This document shows, piece after piece, positions 48,048 to 50,349 of a stretch of 50,349 nucleotides of DNA (positions within the stretch are counted from its first letter, which is position 1; every line of letters begins with the position of its first letter). A program made the translations under genes and the position numbers. The notes below the pieces were generated by a model. The model was not told the origin of the DNA. It saw nothing but the letters and a program-made list of their open reading frames with translations, and ran no database searches. The stretch comes from Actinomycetota bacterium (lineage in GTDB: Bacteria > Planctomycetota > Phycisphaerae > JAACET01), in assembly GCA_011682385.1 (NCBI GenBank), contig JAACET010000005.1, forward strand, positions 1 through 50,349. Reading direction: 5' to 3'.

Positions 48048-48053
48048 AAAATT

Positions 48054-49082
48054 ATGGCAAAGAAACGCCGGCGAAGGGCCTGGGCAAAACTGCCCCTCGA
48101 ACAACTACTGGACGTGAGACTGTGCGAACTGGACGTGCAGATCAAAAAGTCAGTAGTCGAACAACGTATCGATCAGGTACTGGCAGAACTGGACCGGCGG
48201 GGAATAGTATTCAAACCCCATTTCTGGGTGTCGGACGACTGGTTTACGCCGGCAGGTGTCTCCGGATGCGCAGTGCCGTTCTACCTGCTGCACCCCAGAC
48301 TGAGCCATCTAGAACGAAAACAAATGCTCGAAGTCGAAGGAGCGGAACGATCCGAGTGCATCAAAATCCTGCGGCACGAAGCAGGACACGCTATCGAACA
48401 TGCCTATCGGCTGAACCTGAGAAAAAAACGTCAACGATTGTTCGGCAAAAGCACCAAACCCTATCCCGATGCCTATCTGCCCCAGCCGTTCAGCAGACGA
48501 TTCGTGCAAAACATCGACTACTGGTACGCTCAATCGCATCCGGATGAAGACTTCGCCGAAACCTTCGCCGTATGGCTGGGACCACGGTCAAACTGGCGCA
48601 AAATATATCAAGGGTGGCCGGCGATGAAAAAACTGCTCTACATGGACGAACTGATGAATGAGATTGCCGGGACAAAGCCACCCAACAGATCCCGCCGGCA
48701 TGTTTCACCACTCAAGGAAAACACCACAACGCTGCGGCAATACTATGCCAAGAAACAGAAACGATATGCGACGGAGTACCCCAACTTCTATGATGCAGAC
48801 CTGCTGAGGCTGTTCTCGGCGGCACCGGAACATAAGAAAAATGAGACGGCAGCCTCATTCCTACGCCGTGTTCGGCCGAGCATACGGAACATGGTCTCGC
48901 AATGGACGGGACATTACGCGTACTCGCTGGATCAGGTACTCAAGGATATAATCGGACGCTGCCGAGAACTGAAACTGCGAGTGGGCACTCAAGAGAAACA
49001 ATTGAAAATGGATGCAACTATCATGCTGACCGTAAACACCATGAACTTTCTGTACAGCGGACAAAGGTGGGTGGATCTGTGA
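48054..49082 (+). CDS. predicted cytoplasmic zinc metallopeptidase (single HExxH; 'putative zinc-binding metallopeptidase' type)
   Basis: 342 aa; HEAGHAIEH at residues 108-116 (nt 48375-48401); basic N-terminus MAKKRRRRAW; no signal peptide or TM seen. Confidence 0.7.
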   Translation: MAKKRRRRAWAKLPLEQLLDVRLCELDVQIKKSVVEQRIDQVLAELDRRGIVFKPHFWVSDDWFTPAGVSGCAVPFYLLHPRLSHLERKQMLEVEGAERSECIKILRHEAGHAIEHAYRLNLRKKRQRLFGKSTKPYPDAYLPQPFSRRFVQNIDYWYAQSHPDEDFAETFAVWLGPRSNWRKIYQGWPAMKKLLYMDELMNEIAGTKPPNRSRRHVSPLKENTTTLRQYYAKKQKRYATEYPNFYDADLLRLFSAAPEHKKNETAASFLRRVRPSIRNMVSQWTGHYAYSLDQVLKDIIGRCRELKLRVGTQEKQLKMDATIMLTVNTMNFLYSGQRWVDL

Positions 49083-50104
49083 AAAAACTGCGAGTCCTGT
49101 TACTGCTGGACAAAGACCTGGTGCCGCCGGATGACTACAGCGGTACAGACTATACAGGCGAACAATGGAAAACCGAGTACGATGTTCTGCTTACCCTACG
49201 CGAGCTGGGACACGAAGTGAAAATGCTCGGCGTAGTGCGAGAACTAGACGCGATCGAACAGATCTATCGAGACTGGAAGCCACATATAGTCTTCAACATG
49301 CTCGAAGACGTCTACGGGATTATCCCCTACGACCATAACATGGTGGCCTTCCTGGAACTGCTGGGGGTGGCCTACACGGGGTGCAATCCGCTGGGAATCG
49401 TGCTGTCACGGGATAAAGGGCTGACCAAAAAACTGCTGACCTATCATAAAATCCGAGTGCCCAAATTCATGGTCTGCCGACAAGGACAAAGAGTGCGACG
49501 GCCCAAAAGACTGGGATTCCCGCTGATCATCAAATCGCTGATCGAAGACGCTTCCTACGGGATCAGCCAGCGGTCAGTGGCCCAGGACGACGCGAGCCTA
49601 AACGAACGAGTAGCCTTTATCCATGAGAAATTCCATAGCGACGCTATCGTCGAACAATTCATCGACGGCAGAGAAATATACGTAGGTGTACTGGGAAATA
49701 AACGGCTGGAAGTATTTCATCCCTGGGAACTTATCGTCAAACAAAAACCCGAAGGGGCCCCGCTGCTGGCTACCCATAAACTCAAATGGGACCTGGCCTA
49801 TCAGAAAAAACTCGAAGTGAAAACATGTTCGGCGAAAAACCTGCCCCAAGGATTGGCAGAACGTCTTAACATAATTAGCCGACGTATCTACCGCATCCTT
49901 AATATGAGTGGATACGCCAGATTGGACTTTCGACTGGCCCAAGACGGCACAGCCTATCTGCTGGAAGCAAACGCCAACCCGCAACTGGCCTACGGGGAAG
50001 ATTTCGCAGAGTCGGCAGAATACATGGGCATGCCATACGAGAAACTCATCCAACGCATCCTGAGCCTGGGCCTGCGCTGGAAACAAGCCCATGCCATCTC
50101 CTGA
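49079..50104 (+). CDS. ATP-grasp ligase of the D-Ala-D-Ala-ligase/RimK-like family
   Basis: The GTG at 49079 overlaps the upstream TGA (GTGA). VKKLRVLLLLDKD...; C-terminal ATP-grasp motifs YARLDFRL and YLLEANANP. The N-terminal region is not obviously canonical Ddl. Confidence 0.75.
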   Translation: MKKLRVLLLLDKDLVPPDDYSGTDYTGEQWKTEYDVLLTLRELGHEVKMLGVVRELDAIEQIYRDWKPHIVFNMLEDVYGIIPYDHNMVAFLELLGVAYTGCNPLGIVLSRDKGLTKKLLTYHKIRVPKFMVCRQGQRVRRPKRLGFPLIIKSLIEDASYGISQRSVAQDDASLNERVAFIHEKFHSDAIVEQFIDGREIYVGVLGNKRLEVFHPWELIVKQKPEGAPLLATHKLKWDLAYQKKLEVKTCSAKNLPQGLAERLNIISRRIYRILNMSGYARLDFRLAQDGTAYLLEANANPQLAYGEDFAESAEYMGMPYEKLIQRILSLGLRWKQAHAIS

Positions 50105-50150
50105 AACCAAGTTGCATCAGCGATAAGAACCGTCTATACTACCGGCCCGA

Positions 50151-50236
50151 GCCGAAGTGGCGGAATTGGCAGACGCGCAGGATTCAAAATCCTGTCCGGT
50201 TCACCCCGGGTGTGGGTTCGACTCCCACCTTCGGCA
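50151..50236 (+). tRNA. tRNA-Leu (anticodon CAA), no encoded CCA
   Basis: GCCGAAGTGGCGGAATTGGCAGACGCGCAGGATTCAAAATCCTGT...GTGGGTTCGACTCCCACCTTCGGCA. Acceptor GCCGAAG/CTTCGGC, anticodon loop TTCAAAA, long variable arm. Confidence 0.92.
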
Positions 50237-50261
50237 ATTGGAAAGAAGAAGACACAAAGCA

Positions 50262-50349
50262 GAAAAAGAAACGGATATGAACTTTCGACGCTGATTCCGC
50301 TGATTTCGCTGAAAAAAGAGAAGAACTCACCACGAAGGACACGAAGATC
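50262..50349 (+). repeat. mosaic repeat B-D-A running to the window edge
   Basis: aaaagaaacggat, atgaactttcgacgctgattccgctgatttcgctga, gaactcaccacgaaggacacgaagatc. Confidence 0.85.

Noticed and set aside
47384-48053. An additional tRNA, tmRNA, SRP RNA or 6S RNA upstream of tRNA-Thr.
   Set aside because: No T-loop (GGTTCGA-type) motif or its complement, no SRP GGAA/AGCA domain-IV-like motif and no tRNA-like acceptor pairing was found by eye. This cannot be excluded without Infernal, so it is kept only as a generic ncRNA possibility in the findings.

Overview
Bacterial chromosomal segment, possibly from a Planctomycetota-like organism. That guess rests only on my recollection of a planctomycete-type EF-Tu effector-loop insertion and is unverified. 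Positions 14.8-47.4 kb form one uninterrupted minus-strand translation/transcription supercluster of 43 CDS and 2 tRNAs: tRNA-Thr, tuf, rpmG, tRNA-Trp, secE, nusG, rplKAJL, rpoBC, rpsLG, fusA, then the S10, spc and alpha operons ending at rplQ. The left arm (0-14.8 kb) carries a TPR protein, a PocR-GAF-PP2C phosphatase, a LysM L,D-transpeptidase, HtrA, tRNA-Leu(GAG), a stand-alone homocysteine-methyltransferase domain and an enolase-superfamily epimerase-like enzyme. It also carries a YkgJ Cys-cluster protein, an FtsX/LolCDE-like ABC transporter followed by a membrane protein and a LolA-like lipoprotein, and a processive GT2 synthase 29 nt downstream of rplQ. The right arm (47.4-50.3 kb) has a 670-bp noncoding region with a strong candidate promoter, a translationally coupled predicted Zn-metallopeptidase plus Ddl-like ATP-grasp ligase pair, and tRNA-Leu(CAA). 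The feature least explained by genes is non-coding. At least four families of short repeats combine into BIME/NIME-like mosaics in about 19 intergenic spots, including cistron spacers inside the ribosomal operons. They are a GC hairpin, a GGATTCC/GGAATGACA palindrome, ACCACGAAGG / AAACGGA / GACGCTGATT modules, and heptad TTTGANN tracts. The first three keep one fixed strand orientation throughout. No CRISPR, transposase, integrase, prophage or recognisable defence genes were seen. The best candidate for an uncharacterised protein system is the peptidase/ATP-grasp pair. All function calls come from motif recognition by eye and need profile searches.
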